In this document: in pieces, positions 16,403 through 25,842 of the stretch
How positions within the stretch are numbered: the stretch's first letter is position 1
Layout of the letters: the number at the start of each line of letters is the position of its first letter
Origin: a virus
Taxonomy: Duplodnaviria; Caudoviricetes
Virus record (IMG/VR): IMGVR_UViG_3300028628_000004
Direction: 5' to 3' (one strand)
DNA: 64,000 nt
The notes under the pieces: model-generated
Seen by the model: only the letters and a program-made list of their open reading frames with translations
What the model was told of the DNA's origin: nothing
Database searches by the model: none
Made by a program: the position numbers and the translations under genes

Positions 16403-16410
16403 TATAAATA
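16403..16410 (+). promoter_or_regulatory. T4-type late promoter TATAAATA
   Basis: Upstream of HNH gene. Confidence 0.7.
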
Positions 16411-16441
16411 CTGGTATAATAAACATTACGAAGGAGTTACT

Positions 16442-17392
16442 ATGGAAGAATCTTTATTAGGCACCGAAAACCAGAGAAGCATCTTACAGCTTCGTGGGTA
16501 TACTCTTGTAGAATATACTACATGTGAAGGACCAGTCACTATAAAGCTTCCTAACGGCAACCTAAAGCACTTTACAAATCTTTCTCGTGTATTACACCGC
16601 ATAAGGAAGACTCAAGATGCTTTTATAGAAAAACAGAAGAAGCGTGAAGAAGCTCTTATAGTAGCTCAAGAGAAGCTGGCAAGAAGCCCAAAGCATAAAA
16701 TACTTACTTTTATCAAAGAGCAAAATCTTATTCTGGAAGAACCTTATACGATACTTGATAAGTCATATCATATTACCTGTAAGAAACATAATAAGACAAT
16801 AGAAAGAAATTTGAGTTCAATAACTCCCGATACAAGGAAAATAAAAGAGTTATGTCCAGAATGCAGGAGAGAAGCAATAGTAGCTCAATATAACAAGAGT
16901 GGCATATGTCCCAACCTTATTATAACAAACGCCTTTATGGATGAAATAAACCACCATAAGAGACTCAAGTGTACATGTAAGTTCTGTGGTCATGAATTTG
17001 ATAGACTTATGGATGTTGTCAAAAGCGGGGGAACAGATTGCCCCAAATGTGGAATATACCGAAAAAAAAATAAGCCACATCTTTACGAACAATATGATAC
17101 CTATAGGAAAGAATGCGACGATATAACCCAAAAGAACCTTCTTCGTTTCTCTTCTATACTTGACATAAAGGAAGGAATGACTATTGACCACAAGTTCTCC
17201 TGCCGCAACGGGTACGATAATCATATACCACCTTGGATAGTGGCGATGCCTTACAACTTGGAATGGATGTCTATGACGGAGAATCACGAGAAGCATAAGC
17301 GTAACTCTTTATCGCTAACAGAGTTACTCGTAAGTCTCGGTAAGTTTCTTTCGGAGTATCCTTGGTATGGTGAGTCTTTTGATAAAAGCTAA
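16442..17392 (+). CDS. HNH endonuclease with Zn-ribbons (homing-endonuclease-like)
   Basis: CPEC, CKFC, CPKC; C-terminal IDHKF...NLEW....N..K; AAGGAG RBS. Confidence 0.7.
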   Translation: MEESLLGTENQRSILQLRGYTLVEYTTCEGPVTIKLPNGNLKHFTNLSRVLHRIRKTQDAFIEKQKKREEALIVAQEKLARSPKHKILTFIKEQNLILEEPYTILDKSYHITCKKHNKTIERNLSSITPDTRKIKELCPECRREAIVAQYNKSGICPNLIITNAFMDEINHHKRLKCTCKFCGHEFDRLMDVVKSGGTDCPKCGIYRKKNKPHLYEQYDTYRKECDDITQKNLLRFSSILDIKEGMTIDHKFSCRNGYDNHIPPWIVAMPYNLEWMSMTENHEKHKRNSLSLTELLVSLGKFLSEYPWYGESFDKS

Positions 17393-17540
17393 TCTGCTCT
17401 CAAGTAACTCTTATGTCGCTTTAGCTGCTCTCAAGGGCATAATAAAGCCCCCCACCCCCTGTTTCCCCTACCTGAAAAAAATTTTACGGGGGATTTTTTT
17501 GGCTCTCCAGGGATTTGAGGTATATTAACCTATATTAACC
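17393..17540. other. homopolymer-rich non-coding element, right half
   Basis: CTGCTCTCAAG x2, C-runs, AAAAAAATTTTACGGGGGATTTTTTT, TATATTAACC x2. Confidence 0.4.
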
Positions 17541-17589
17541 CTTGACTTCCTCTTACGGCTCCTAGAATGGGCTGTATAAGGAACTCTCC

Positions 17590-17955
17590 ATGCGCTTCAT
17601 TCTCATGCTTCTCTGTATGTCCACCTGTCTTATGGCAGAAGATTCCTTTGCTGATAAGTGGCTCAAGGTGCAGATAGTCAAGGATTATGTTGCTCAGAAG
17701 CTTCGTTCGTATGAAGCTGAGCTTGCTGCTGTCAGGCAACAGACTGCTAACGCTGCTCAACATCTGACCAATGTAGCTGCTGCCAAGAACATCTTTATTC
17801 GGAACGGGGATCGTGAGAAAGAAATTCAGTATAACATGAAGCGGTTTCAGAAGATATATGATGCTGTCATGAAGGAAGAAGCCGCTATGAGAGATGCTCT
17901 TATTGTGGAATACATGAAGAAGCTGGACATTGTTGTGGAAGTGGAGAAGAGGTAG
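17590..17955 (+). CDS. secreted/periplasmic helical protein
   Basis: Signal-peptide-like N-terminus; 15-bp-spacer promoter at 17542. Confidence 0.7.
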   Translation: MRFILMLLCMSTCLMAEDSFADKWLKVQIVKDYVAQKLRSYEAELAAVRQQTANAAQHLTNVAAAKNIFIRNGDREKEIQYNMKRFQKIYDAVMKEEAAMRDALIVEYMKKLDIVVEVEKR

Positions 17956-18167
17956 TGTTCTGCGACATTGACCAAGTTACTATGAAAGCTGCTGCCGAGA
18001 AGGTCTATGGACCTGGGGTTCAGCTTGGTTTGCCTATGTATATAGACACTATTAGTCAGACGGTATGTGTTTCTGTAACTCCTTTTGAGCGAAGGAGTTT
18101 CAATGCTCGTTTCTATTACCTTAAAGGGTCTTTTGATGCTAAAGATCCAGACTTGACTTCCGCTTAA
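17955..18167 (+). CDS. hypothetical protein
   Basis: Overlap coupling. Confidence 0.5.
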   Translation: MFCDIDQVTMKAAAEKVYGPGVQLGLPMYIDTISQTVCVSVTPFERRSFNARFYYLKGSFDAKDPDLTSA

Positions 18168-18197
18168 AGTTGCTTATAATATATCTAAGGAAACCAT

Positions 18198-18428
18198 ATG
18201 ACCAAAATCGAACTACTCAAGTTGCTTGAAGGCATCCCCGACGATGCTCTTATTGTCGTTAATGGGCATTCTGATGGTAGTGGTTTTAATAACATTACCA
18301 ATGTTGATGCTTTCCAAGTAGTTTCTCAGAAACCCGATTGGGAAGGTGAGTATTTGGATTATGAAGAATATAAGGAACAATATGACCGTGAGGGTAAGAT
18401 TCCTCTAACTGTGTATAGGATTCACTGA
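18198..18428 (+). CDS. hypothetical protein
   Basis: Promoter at 18153, AAGGA RBS. Confidence 0.7.
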   Translation: MTKIELLKLLEGIPDDALIVVNGHSDGSGFNNITNVDAFQVVSQKPDWEGEYLDYEEYKEQYDREGKIPLTVYRIH

Positions 18429-18934
18429 TGAAAACCGACAAATATTTCTTCTTCTGGAAGCACCGTCTCAGCCAGTGGCATATAGTTGACTTCAAGTGTG
18501 AAAGTTATACCTACAACTGTTGTGAACAGTATATGATGCATCGTAAGGCTCTACTCATGGAGGACTTCAAATCAGCCGATATAATTATGGAAGAAAAGAA
18601 TCCAGCCAATCATCAGAAACTTGGTAGACAAATAAAGAATTTCAACCAAGAGGTTTGGGATATGAATAAGTATGTAATAGTATTGGCTGGAAACCTTGCT
18701 AGGTTTATGCAGAGTAGGAAGTGTCGCGAGTTACTACTTGCTACTGGTGATAAGATACTTGTGGAGGCATCTCCGTATGATAAAGTGTGGGGTGTTGGGT
18801 TGTCAGAGGACAATCCAGACATTCTTGATGAAACCAAGTGGAGGGGTGAAAACCTTCTTGGTAAAGTATTGACCCAAGTTAGGGAAACAATAAAGCAGGA
18901 TATTCTCTCTGGAAGTTACTATGGAGAACGATAA
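18428..18934 (+). CDS. NADAR family protein (YbiA/RibX-like)
   Basis: LSQW, EQYMM.KA, KLGR, LLATG...LVEASPYDKVWGVG, G.NLLG. Confidence 0.95.
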   Translation: MKTDKYFFFWKHRLSQWHIVDFKCESYTYNCCEQYMMHRKALLMEDFKSADIIMEEKNPANHQKLGRQIKNFNQEVWDMNKYVIVLAGNLARFMQSRKCRELLLATGDKILVEASPYDKVWGVGLSEDNPDILDETKWRGENLLGKVLTQVRETIKQDILSGSYYGER

Positions 18935-19155
18935 TGAGTAAGGTTACAGTTTCCTTTGAGATGCTTGAGAAGATAGACCCCGAGGCGGTTAGGGAAATGA
19001 GGGAATGAAATGAGTTACACTTCAATGAAAAGAGAATTTACAGAAGAAATAATAAAAGTATCTACATGTAAAGATACGAATAAAAATAGAATAAAATTCT
19101 ATTCAGATACTTTAAAATACAACATTAAAATTAACTTTGAGAATAAGAGATAACC

Positions 19156-19338
19156 ATGTCTGATTACGATACCTATCTTTACAACTTGTCTATTGCTGAA
19201 ATAGGACGAGCAGCAACCGACGCTATGCTTCGTGGAGAACCATATAAGCATCTGATTAAACCAGACGATGTTAAGCGTAAAGAAATACAAGACAATATCA
19301 AAGAATACGGCTACTATAAGGTTCATGGGGATAACTAA
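19156..19338 (+). CDS. hypothetical protein
   Basis: Operon packing. Confidence 0.5.
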   Translation: MSDYDTYLYNLSIAEIGRAATDAMLRGEPYKHLIKPDDVKRKEIQDNIKEYGYYKVHGDN

Positions 19339-19340
19339 CC

Positions 19341-19535
19341 ATGATGGTATATCGTAAAGCAACATGGGTGAACGGGAAAAAGAAGCTCACGGGCAAGTGG
19401 GCTTATGAATGGGCTAGTGAACGATTCATCATATTCCTTGATTCAACTGATCCTGTTACGGGAGCAGCCAGGAAAGTCGTTACCGGTGGTGATCATCCAG
19501 AATGGGGCAACTGGAAGAAAGTGGAAGAAACTTAA
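19341..19535 (+). CDS. hypothetical protein
   Basis: Operon packing. Confidence 0.55.
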   Translation: MMVYRKATWVNGKKKLTGKWAYEWASERFIIFLDSTDPVTGAARKVVTGGDHPEWGNWKKVEET

Positions 19536-19537
19536 AG

Positions 19538-19945
19538 ATGCCGACGATTGAATCTCTTTACAAGCAAATGATGGAGCTACATGTAAAGATAGCTCCGGAA
19601 TCTTATACGCTTGAAAGAAACTATAAAAAAATCGTTATGGATAAGCTGATTGATAGCTTCTTATATGAATATAAGATTGATGGAGAGCTTGTGGGAATGG
19701 CAATGTATTATCTACATAAGACTCCTAAAAGAAAAACTTTTGTCATAACTGATTTGGTTGTTGATGAAGCTTGTCGCGGTCGGGGTCATGGGTCGAAGAT
19801 GCTTTACGAACTCCACGCTATAGCAAAGAAAAAGAAATGCAACCAGATACAACTTATGGTTGCAAATAAGAATATACCCGCTAAGACATTATATGAATCG
19901 TATGGATATAAACCGTCTGCTGTAAGAATGTATAAGGAGATTTAA
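19538..19945 (+). CDS. GNAT acetyltransferase
   Basis: LVVDEACRGRGHGSKM, N.PA..LYESYGY. Confidence 0.9.
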   Translation: MPTIESLYKQMMELHVKIAPESYTLERNYKKIVMDKLIDSFLYEYKIDGELVGMAMYYLHKTPKRKTFVITDLVVDEACRGRGHGSKMLYELHAIAKKKKCNQIQLMVANKNIPAKTLYESYGYKPSAVRMYKEI

Positions 19946-19989
19946 AGAAGTAACTTGACTTCTCCTTCTTGCTTCTATAATGGTGACAT

Positions 19990-21183
19990 ATGCCTACGAA
20001 AGAAACTTTAGTCAAGATACTGACGGCACTTGAGAGTGCTGGCGGGGAAGTCTTTGTGGTCGGTGGACCCGTGCGTGACCGCATGCTGTCCAAGACGCCA
20101 AAAGACATAGACTTTCTGGTTCGTAAGCTGACGCTGGAGCAGATAGCCGTTGCTATTCGTGTCCTGGGTTCGGCTGATGAAGTGGGCAAGTCGTTCGGCG
20201 TTGTCAAGGGAACGATAGAAGGCGAAGTGTTCGACTTTGCCATACCCCGGATCCGGGAAGTGAAGACGGGTGTCTCACACACCGACTTTGCGGTTGAAAC
20301 GGACCCTATGGTTTCTGTCGAGAGTGACTTGGGTCGTAGAGACTTCACGATCAACGCCATGGCTATTCCGCTGCGGAGTTTCTTGGCTGATAGCTCTGAG
20401 GGGCTTATAGACCCGTTTGGTGGCATGGAAGACCTGAAGGCTGGCGTCCTGCGAGCCGTTGGTGATCCTGTGGCTCGCTTTACGGAAGACCCTCTGCGTA
20501 TGCTGCGTGGGCTGCAATTTTCTGTGAGAATGGGCTTCAAGATGGAGGTAGAGACGGCAGTAGCTATTCTCAACATGCGAGACAGCCTGAAGACGGTTTC
20601 AGGTGAGCGTATTCTGGAGGAATTCAAAAAGGCTTGGCTCAAGGGTCCAGCCGATTCGGGTGACTTTGCGGCGGTCCTGAAGCTGTCGGGTGTCGGTGAG
20701 ACGCTGTTTGGTAGAGACTTCAAGCCACTGAAAGTGAGTCTCGGGGGGTTGCATGATGAAAGCCGTGTGTTGGGTATGCTGATAGCCTTTTTCCTGCGAG
20801 GCGGCAATGTTGCTGCTATGAAGCCGGAAGCGGTTCATGTCAAGTTTCTGGAAGTAGCCCGTAAAGCTGCTTTCAGTTTCGAGATGCCCCATACCTTCAT
20901 AGGCAATGTAAAGCCTCTGCTGCCAGTTCTGCTGGCAGTTGCCCGTGAGATAGAAGGAGACGGCTTCCGTGGATTCGCGGCTAAAGTCGAGAAGATGATA
21001 GCCACGCCACTGACTGCAAAAGAACTTGATGTCACTGGAGAGGAACTTATAGTTGCTCTGGATATCAAGTCGCCCAAGGATGGCAAGCGGATAGGAGAGG
21101 CTCAGAGGGCGATGCTGTCGGCTCTGTGGGCTGGAACGCTGGTCAATGAAAAAGAAAAGTTACTGGCGAGCATCCGTCAGTAA
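19990..21183 (+). CDS. cca: class II tRNA nucleotidyltransferase (CCA-adding/poly(A) polymerase family)
   Basis: VGGPVRD, DIDF, DLGRRDFTINAMA, DPFGG..DL, RF.EDPLRMLR, VSGERI. Confidence 0.92.
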   Translation: MPTKETLVKILTALESAGGEVFVVGGPVRDRMLSKTPKDIDFLVRKLTLEQIAVAIRVLGSADEVGKSFGVVKGTIEGEVFDFAIPRIREVKTGVSHTDFAVETDPMVSVESDLGRRDFTINAMAIPLRSFLADSSEGLIDPFGGMEDLKAGVLRAVGDPVARFTEDPLRMLRGLQFSVRMGFKMEVETAVAILNMRDSLKTVSGERILEEFKKAWLKGPADSGDFAAVLKLSGVGETLFGRDFKPLKVSLGGLHDESRVLGMLIAFFLRGGNVAAMKPEAVHVKFLEVARKAAFSFEMPHTFIGNVKPLLPVLLAVAREIEGDGFRGFAAKVEKMIATPLTAKELDVTGEELIVALDIKSPKDGKRIGEAQRAMLSALWAGTLVNEKEKLLASIRQ

Positions 21184-21238
21184 CTTGTTGCTTGACTTTA
21201 CTTACCCATTCATAGAATGACACCATAAGGAACACCAA

Positions 21239-21517
21239 ATGACCGAGCTTCGCCAATTCATCGGATACATGGACACCGTTGAGAATATTGTCAAGGAACA
21301 TGAGCATATCATGAGAAGTGACTACGATACTACGGAAGAATTTCTCCAATGCTCAGTTTACACCCGGGTTGAGGATGTTATGTCCACCCTTGAAGCTTTC
21401 AAGTTGGCTCCAACGGGCGGCGACGAGCAATTCACCAACGGGTGGAATCAGGCTATGACGAAGATCCGTGTCTATTCTGACGGCACCCGAGACATGATTC
21501 CAATGGAGAAGCCATGA
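21239..21517 (+). CDS. hypothetical protein
   Basis: Promoter at 21192, AAGGA RBS. Confidence 0.65.
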   Translation: MTELRQFIGYMDTVENIVKEHEHIMRSDYDTTEEFLQCSVYTRVEDVMSTLEAFKLAPTGGDEQFTNGWNQAMTKIRVYSDGTRDMIPMEKP

Positions 21518-21777
21518 ATGACCTCGAAGGTTATAATCTTTACTACGTTATCAACAAGAATCAAAGAGGATTCTCCAAGATCATTGGTGGCATGGTTGTT
21601 GACCAGTGTGAATTGCTGAATAAGGAAAATAAGGTATTTGAAAATTACCATCAAGTTGGTGCTTGTTTCTTTCAGATGAAGAGCGAGGCTGAAGAATTTA
21701 AGGGTTGGCTGGAAAAGAAGGGACTTCCCAATCTTGAGGTAAGGTGCTACGAAGTTCCTTATGAAGCAGATGTATGA
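21514..21777 (+). CDS. hypothetical protein
   Basis: ATGA overlap. Confidence 0.6.
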   Translation: MNDLEGYNLYYVINKNQRGFSKIIGGMVVDQCELLNKENKVFENYHQVGACFFQMKSEAEEFKGWLEKKGLPNLEVRCYEVPYEADV

Positions 21778-22379
21778 AAGAATATTTCAGTGCCAAAGTA
21801 GACGAAGAATTCTCGAATCTCCCCATACTCAGTTATTATCCGTATGGGGAAAAAGAGGTATATGCTAACACCATGGGTGGAAGTGATAACCTTAAGAACC
21901 TACATCTATCAGATTGGAACAAGGGTAAGACGGCGAATGATTATGCCTTAGAAATCCTGAGAGAATCGGGGAATGCCATGCATTACCTGACTCGACACAG
22001 AGAATTTAACCCAACTGATACACAAACCATAAGAGCGTTTGGTATGTGGGAATTGTTTAATCATGGCGTCGTTGGTTGGAATAAGGAAATAACCGAGGGA
22101 AAGTCTCTTGATGAGATTATCAAGTTGGAAAAGCTACACACCAAGAGAAACAGTATGATACGGTATGGTTATGTTGGCGGGAAGGATCCTAACGAACCAA
22201 CTGATAAAGATTACAAAAGTATTGTCCGTAGAAGCACAATAGTCAACCGAGAGAAATATGGTGTGTATATAGTTAAACATTATCCGCTTTTAAGTGATGT
22301 TGGGACTATACTTTACACAAAACAAGAACTTGCTGCTATTTTGTTCATGGTGATTGACGAGTTCGAGAACCTCTGCTAA
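21774..22379 (+). CDS. hypothetical protein
   Basis: ATGA overlap. Confidence 0.65.
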   Translation: MKEYFSAKVDEEFSNLPILSYYPYGEKEVYANTMGGSDNLKNLHLSDWNKGKTANDYALEILRESGNAMHYLTRHREFNPTDTQTIRAFGMWELFNHGVVGWNKEITEGKSLDEIIKLEKLHTKRNSMIRYGYVGGKDPNEPTDKDYKSIVRRSTIVNREKYGVYIVKHYPLLSDVGTILYTKQELAAILFMVIDEFENLC

Positions 22380-22382
22380 AAC

Positions 22383-22390
22383 TATAAATA
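22383..22390 (+). promoter_or_regulatory. T4-type late promoter TATAAATA
   Basis: Perfect motif upstream of 22405 ATG. Confidence 0.7.
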
Positions 22391-22404
22391 GCATTGGGGT
22401 ATAT

Positions 22405-22703
22405 ATGGACAAGCAACTAAAGCAACTTCAAGAGTCTTGGAAGAAAATCTTAGAGAAAGAAAAAATAAGTGGCGGTAAGGCTGACGGAAAGACACTTCAG
22501 GATATTGCAGCACATCATGCTGGAAATTCAACAGGAAGAAAGTATACAACTTTATATTACATTCTCAAGCATCAATTCGAAATGGGGCTGGAAGTAGAGA
22601 AGAGCATACTGATGACCCCACCAAGGCAAGAGAGATAGCCCTGGATCACTTATGGGAGGATCCGGAATATTACACCAAACTGGCAACTATTCATAAGGAT
22701 TAA
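22405..22703 (+). pseudogene. DUF5661-like protein split by a 1-nt frameshift near 22601
   Basis: MGLEVEK in frame 0 continues as EHTDDPTKAREIALDHLWEDPEYYTKL in the -1 frame. Confidence 0.7.
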
Positions 22704-22706
22704 TTT

Positions 22707-23138
22707 ATGAAGAAACTAAAAAAGATTTCTAATTATCTTCTCATGATTGGTGGAATACTGACGGCTCTTAGTGGTATTGTTAATACGACTATGGATATTG
22801 TCGGGAATTTCAAGAAAGAAGATAAGAAAGAAGAAGTTATGCCTGTTCCTGTAGCGACGATTGAGCAAAAGATTCAAGGAGCGCCCGGAGTTCGTATAAG
22901 CAAGACAGTTGAGATTCCTTCAGCGGAAGACATCCCCGAAAAGCCAATGGACGTTGCTGCTTCTGCTCCAGCCCCAACAGAACCAGAACAGCCAACTATG
23001 GAATCACCACTTAAAGAAACAAAGAATACTCTATGGTGGGTACTTGCCACTATAATCGGTTCGTTCGTAGCATCTGTTTGCTGGTACATTCATGTAAGAC
23101 TACATGTGTCTTTGGATGTAAAGAAAAAAGATGAGTAA
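22707..23138 (+). CDS. two-TM membrane protein with Pro/Glu-rich linker
   Basis: N- and C-terminal hydrophobic helices. Confidence 0.7.
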   Translation: MKKLKKISNYLLMIGGILTALSGIVNTTMDIVGNFKKEDKKEEVMPVPVATIEQKIQGAPGVRISKTVEIPSAEDIPEKPMDVAASAPAPTEPEQPTMESPLKETKNTLWWVLATIIGSFVASVCWYIHVRLHVSLDVKKKDE

Positions 23139-23145
23139 GATATAA

Positions 23146-23661
23146 ATGTCAGACGGAAAGACCCACGATTTCATAACATATGTCACGGTCATACCGTTGG
23201 CATCTTTGGTTGGTTATCTGTTTGGTAGTCAAATTGCCGTTACTTTTGCAGTTGCTTATTTGTTTTCGGGACTTATGTTTAATGGCGACCTTGATATTGA
23301 AAGCACACCGTATCATCGTTGGAATATATTAAAATGGATATGGTTGCCATATAGGAAGTTTGGACATAGGTCCAAGTGGACTCATGGGTTTATACGAGGA
23401 ACTGCTACAAGGCTATTATGGGTAAGTCCACTGATATTGGGATTTATTTTGTTTATAGCATTTACTATTGGAATTGGGGTCATCACAGCGTTTACTGTAA
23501 AGTATTGGATTCATATCATTGTTTTCATCATAGGATTAGAAGCTGGCAGCATGTCACACACTCTGGCTGATATATCGTCCTCCGCATGGAAGAAATTCAT
23601 ATACAAAGTATTTGGAATTAGGCTTGTTCCTGGGTTTGTCAAGAAGAAATATAAGTCTTGA
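23146..23661 (+). CDS. DUF2227-like membrane metal-binding protein
   Basis: M..GKTHD.IT, DLD..S, W.PYR...HRS..THG, H..AD. Confidence 0.8.
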   Translation: MSDGKTHDFITYVTVIPLASLVGYLFGSQIAVTFAVAYLFSGLMFNGDLDIESTPYHRWNILKWIWLPYRKFGHRSKWTHGFIRGTATRLLWVSPLILGFILFIAFTIGIGVITAFTVKYWIHIIVFIIGLEAGSMSHTLADISSSAWKKFIYKVFGIRLVPGFVKKKYKS

Positions 23662-23701
23662 CTTTTAATACATATATCTAGAATATGGCGAAGGAGACAT
23701 T

Positions 23702-23956
23702 ATGCGTAAGTGTCGTTCATGTCAGTCAGAGGTTGAGGTTGATAGGGTCGAGCTACTGGATTCCCATGTATGCTCCAAGTGTGCGGCTAAAGGCATTGAC
23801 CAGCCCGGGGACATTCGTGGTTTCATGGTATATGATCACAAGACTGCGCCCGAAATCTGCATCATGACTCCTGGCGAGTTCAAGTATGCCAAGGAGATGA
23901 CTGATAGGGTCGGTCAAGAGTCTATCCTTAACAAGATAGTCCACGATGTTCCATGA
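23702..23956 (+). CDS. Zn-finger protein (DksA/TraR-C4-like)
   Basis: CRSC...R.E.....CSKC, HKTAPEI. Confidence 0.6.
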   Translation: MRKCRSCQSEVEVDRVELLDSHVCSKCAAKGIDQPGDIRGFMVYDHKTAPEICIMTPGEFKYAKEMTDRVGQESILNKIVHDVP

Positions 23957-24291
23957 GCGTCCCTGACAAAGACTGGAGTATTGTAAAGCCAAAGCCTCTT
24001 ACAAAAGAGAGGATAATACTCGCATGTCTTGAAGAGACTATTAAGCAGTTACCGCTAATTCAACATAGGTTAAAACAATTGTCAACTAAATTTAATCGAC
24101 TATATCCAACCATATCTCCAGAGTCTATTGAGTATCATCATAAAAATTTTAGCGAAGAGCAAACGATACTGTCTATGGAATATGCCGAGGCTATGGAAGC
24201 TAAGAGAGAAATGGCTGAAAGAGTGAATCAGCAGTGGGCTGATTATATTCATAATCAGGCTACTCTTGAGTTCTATTCCCAACTAAAATAA
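23953..24291 (+). CDS. hypothetical protein
   Basis: ATGA overlap. Confidence 0.6.
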   Translation: MSVPDKDWSIVKPKPLTKERIILACLEETIKQLPLIQHRLKQLSTKFNRLYPTISPESIEYHHKNFSEEQTILSMEYAEAMEAKREMAERVNQQWADYIHNQATLEFYSQLK

Positions 24292-24346
24292 AACTTGCTT
24301 TCTTGCCGTCTTGGATATGATAGTAATATAACTTAGGAGATATGAC

Positions 24347-25435
24347 ATGGCTTTCTTTGGAGTAACTATTGAAGAGATAGGTTCAATCGAACCTATCGTC
24401 GGCGCTGATCGAATCGTCAAGGCTACCTTGAAGAATGTTGCGTTCTCGTTCGTTGTTGGCAAGGGTCTGTTTGAAGTCGGGCAGAAGTGCCTTTACTTCC
24501 CCATCGACTCTGTTCTTCCCGTTCCTGTTCAGGAGCGTCTTGGAGTTGTTGGCAAGCTGGCTGGAAACGCCAAGGACCGTATCAAAACTGTTAAGCTCAA
24601 GGGAGTTCTCAGTCAGGGACTTGTCGGTAACATCACGCTTATTGATGATCCTGATTTTTACGCCCACTGGAAGCTGGAGAAGGGGCTGGAAGTTCCTACC
24701 CCCGAAATGATCACGCAGTTCCTTGGAGTTACCAAGTACGAGCCTCCTGTCATTCCCGACAAGGCTGGTAACTTGAAGCAGCTTCCATGTGACCTTAGTG
24801 TTTACGACATTGAGGGTTGCGAGCGTTTCTATGTTCCTCTTGAGAAGCTCATGGACCAGAAGGTTTGGGTTCTTGAGAAGGTCGAGGGAAGCAACGGGTC
24901 AGTTTCTTTCAACCCTGCTACTGGTGAGACTTTCGTCAACCAGCGCAGACACACCATTGAAGAGATTGATGGACATGAGCATGCTTGGTGGGCTATTGCT
25001 CGCAAGCAGAAGTTCATTGACTTTGTAAAGACCATCGGCAGTCTCTACGGCGAAGTCGCTACCCTCTACTTCGAGGTAGCTGGTCCCGCAATCCAGGGCA
25101 ACATCTATAAGCTGACCGAACCTACTGGTTTCATCTTCGACCTGAAGATTGGAAGCAAGTTTGTCAGCAAGGGTGTCATGTTCTCTCTTCTTGACCAAAA
25201 CTTCGGGGCTGGTAAATACAGTCATGCTCCTATCCTTTCACACGGCAAGACGCTTCGTGAGTGGCTCGACGGCAAGACCATCGTTCAGGCTTCTAACGGA
25301 GAGTCAAAGATTTACAAGACTCTCCGAGAGGGTATTGTTATTTCTCCCGAGATTGAACAAGAGGACGAGACTCTTGGTGGGAGACTTATCTTGAAGCAGC
25401 GTGACCCGATCTACCTCGCCGGAACCGACAACTAA
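24347..25435 (+). CDS. RNA ligase, DRB0094/Rnl5 family
   Basis: PI.GADRI, YF.IDS.LP, KLKGVLSQGL, EKVEGSN, E..GP.IQGN.Y, REGIV, LK. Confidence 0.9.
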   Translation: MAFFGVTIEEIGSIEPIVGADRIVKATLKNVAFSFVVGKGLFEVGQKCLYFPIDSVLPVPVQERLGVVGKLAGNAKDRIKTVKLKGVLSQGLVGNITLIDDPDFYAHWKLEKGLEVPTPEMITQFLGVTKYEPPVIPDKAGNLKQLPCDLSVYDIEGCERFYVPLEKLMDQKVWVLEKVEGSNGSVSFNPATGETFVNQRRHTIEEIDGHEHAWWAIARKQKFIDFVKTIGSLYGEVATLYFEVAGPAIQGNIYKLTEPTGFIFDLKIGSKFVSKGVMFSLLDQNFGAGKYSHAPILSHGKTLREWLDGKTIVQASNGESKIYKTLREGIVISPEIEQEDETLGGRLILKQRDPIYLAGTDN

Positions 25436-25443
25436 GGAATCAC

Positions 25444-25677
25444 ATGAGAAAAACTTTACCCACCAAGCCCACCACCCAACCCGAGCAGATTATAGCCGAT
25501 AAGGATCTTCTCTGGTATGTCAAGGAAATATGTGGGGGAAAGGAAGTATTCTCATTTGATACTCAAGAGGAAACCGTGGCTTTTGGTGAGAGACTTCGTG
25601 ATAATAATATCGGAAACACAGAAGTGAAAATTGAAATATCATATCTTACTGTGAGGGTTTGGGTTAGAGAAGAATAG
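25444..25677 (+). CDS. hypothetical protein
   Basis: AAGGA RBS. Confidence 0.6.
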   Translation: MRKTLPTKPTTQPEQIIADKDLLWYVKEICGGKEVFSFDTQEETVAFGERLRDNNIGNTEVKIEISYLTVRVWVREE

Positions 25678-25707
25678 CTGATAATCTGTCATACTGACAT
25701 AATATAG

Positions 25708-25740
25708 AAAAAAGAGTGTCTTTTTGACACTCTTTTTTTG
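25708..25740. terminator. bidirectional intrinsic terminator / dyad
   Basis: AAAAAAGAGTGTC-TTTTT-GACACTCTTTTTTT. Confidence 0.7.
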
Positions 25741-25759
25741 TTTTCTGGCATATTTTATT

Positions 25760-25774
25760 TGGCACGGCGATTGC
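25760..25774 (+). promoter_or_regulatory. sigma54 (-24/-12) promoter
   Basis: TGGCACG-GCGA-TTGC matches the RpoN consensus; TGTC/GACA dyads upstream. Confidence 0.75.
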
Positions 25775-25842
25775 CTATATGATGTATATGTTTCCCATTG
25801 TGGGAAGCTTAACATCAACCCTATAAAAAGGAGAAAAACAAA

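Noticed and set aside
22595-22610. Programmed -1 ribosomal frameshift
   Set aside because: No X XXY YYZ slippery site or obvious stimulatory structure
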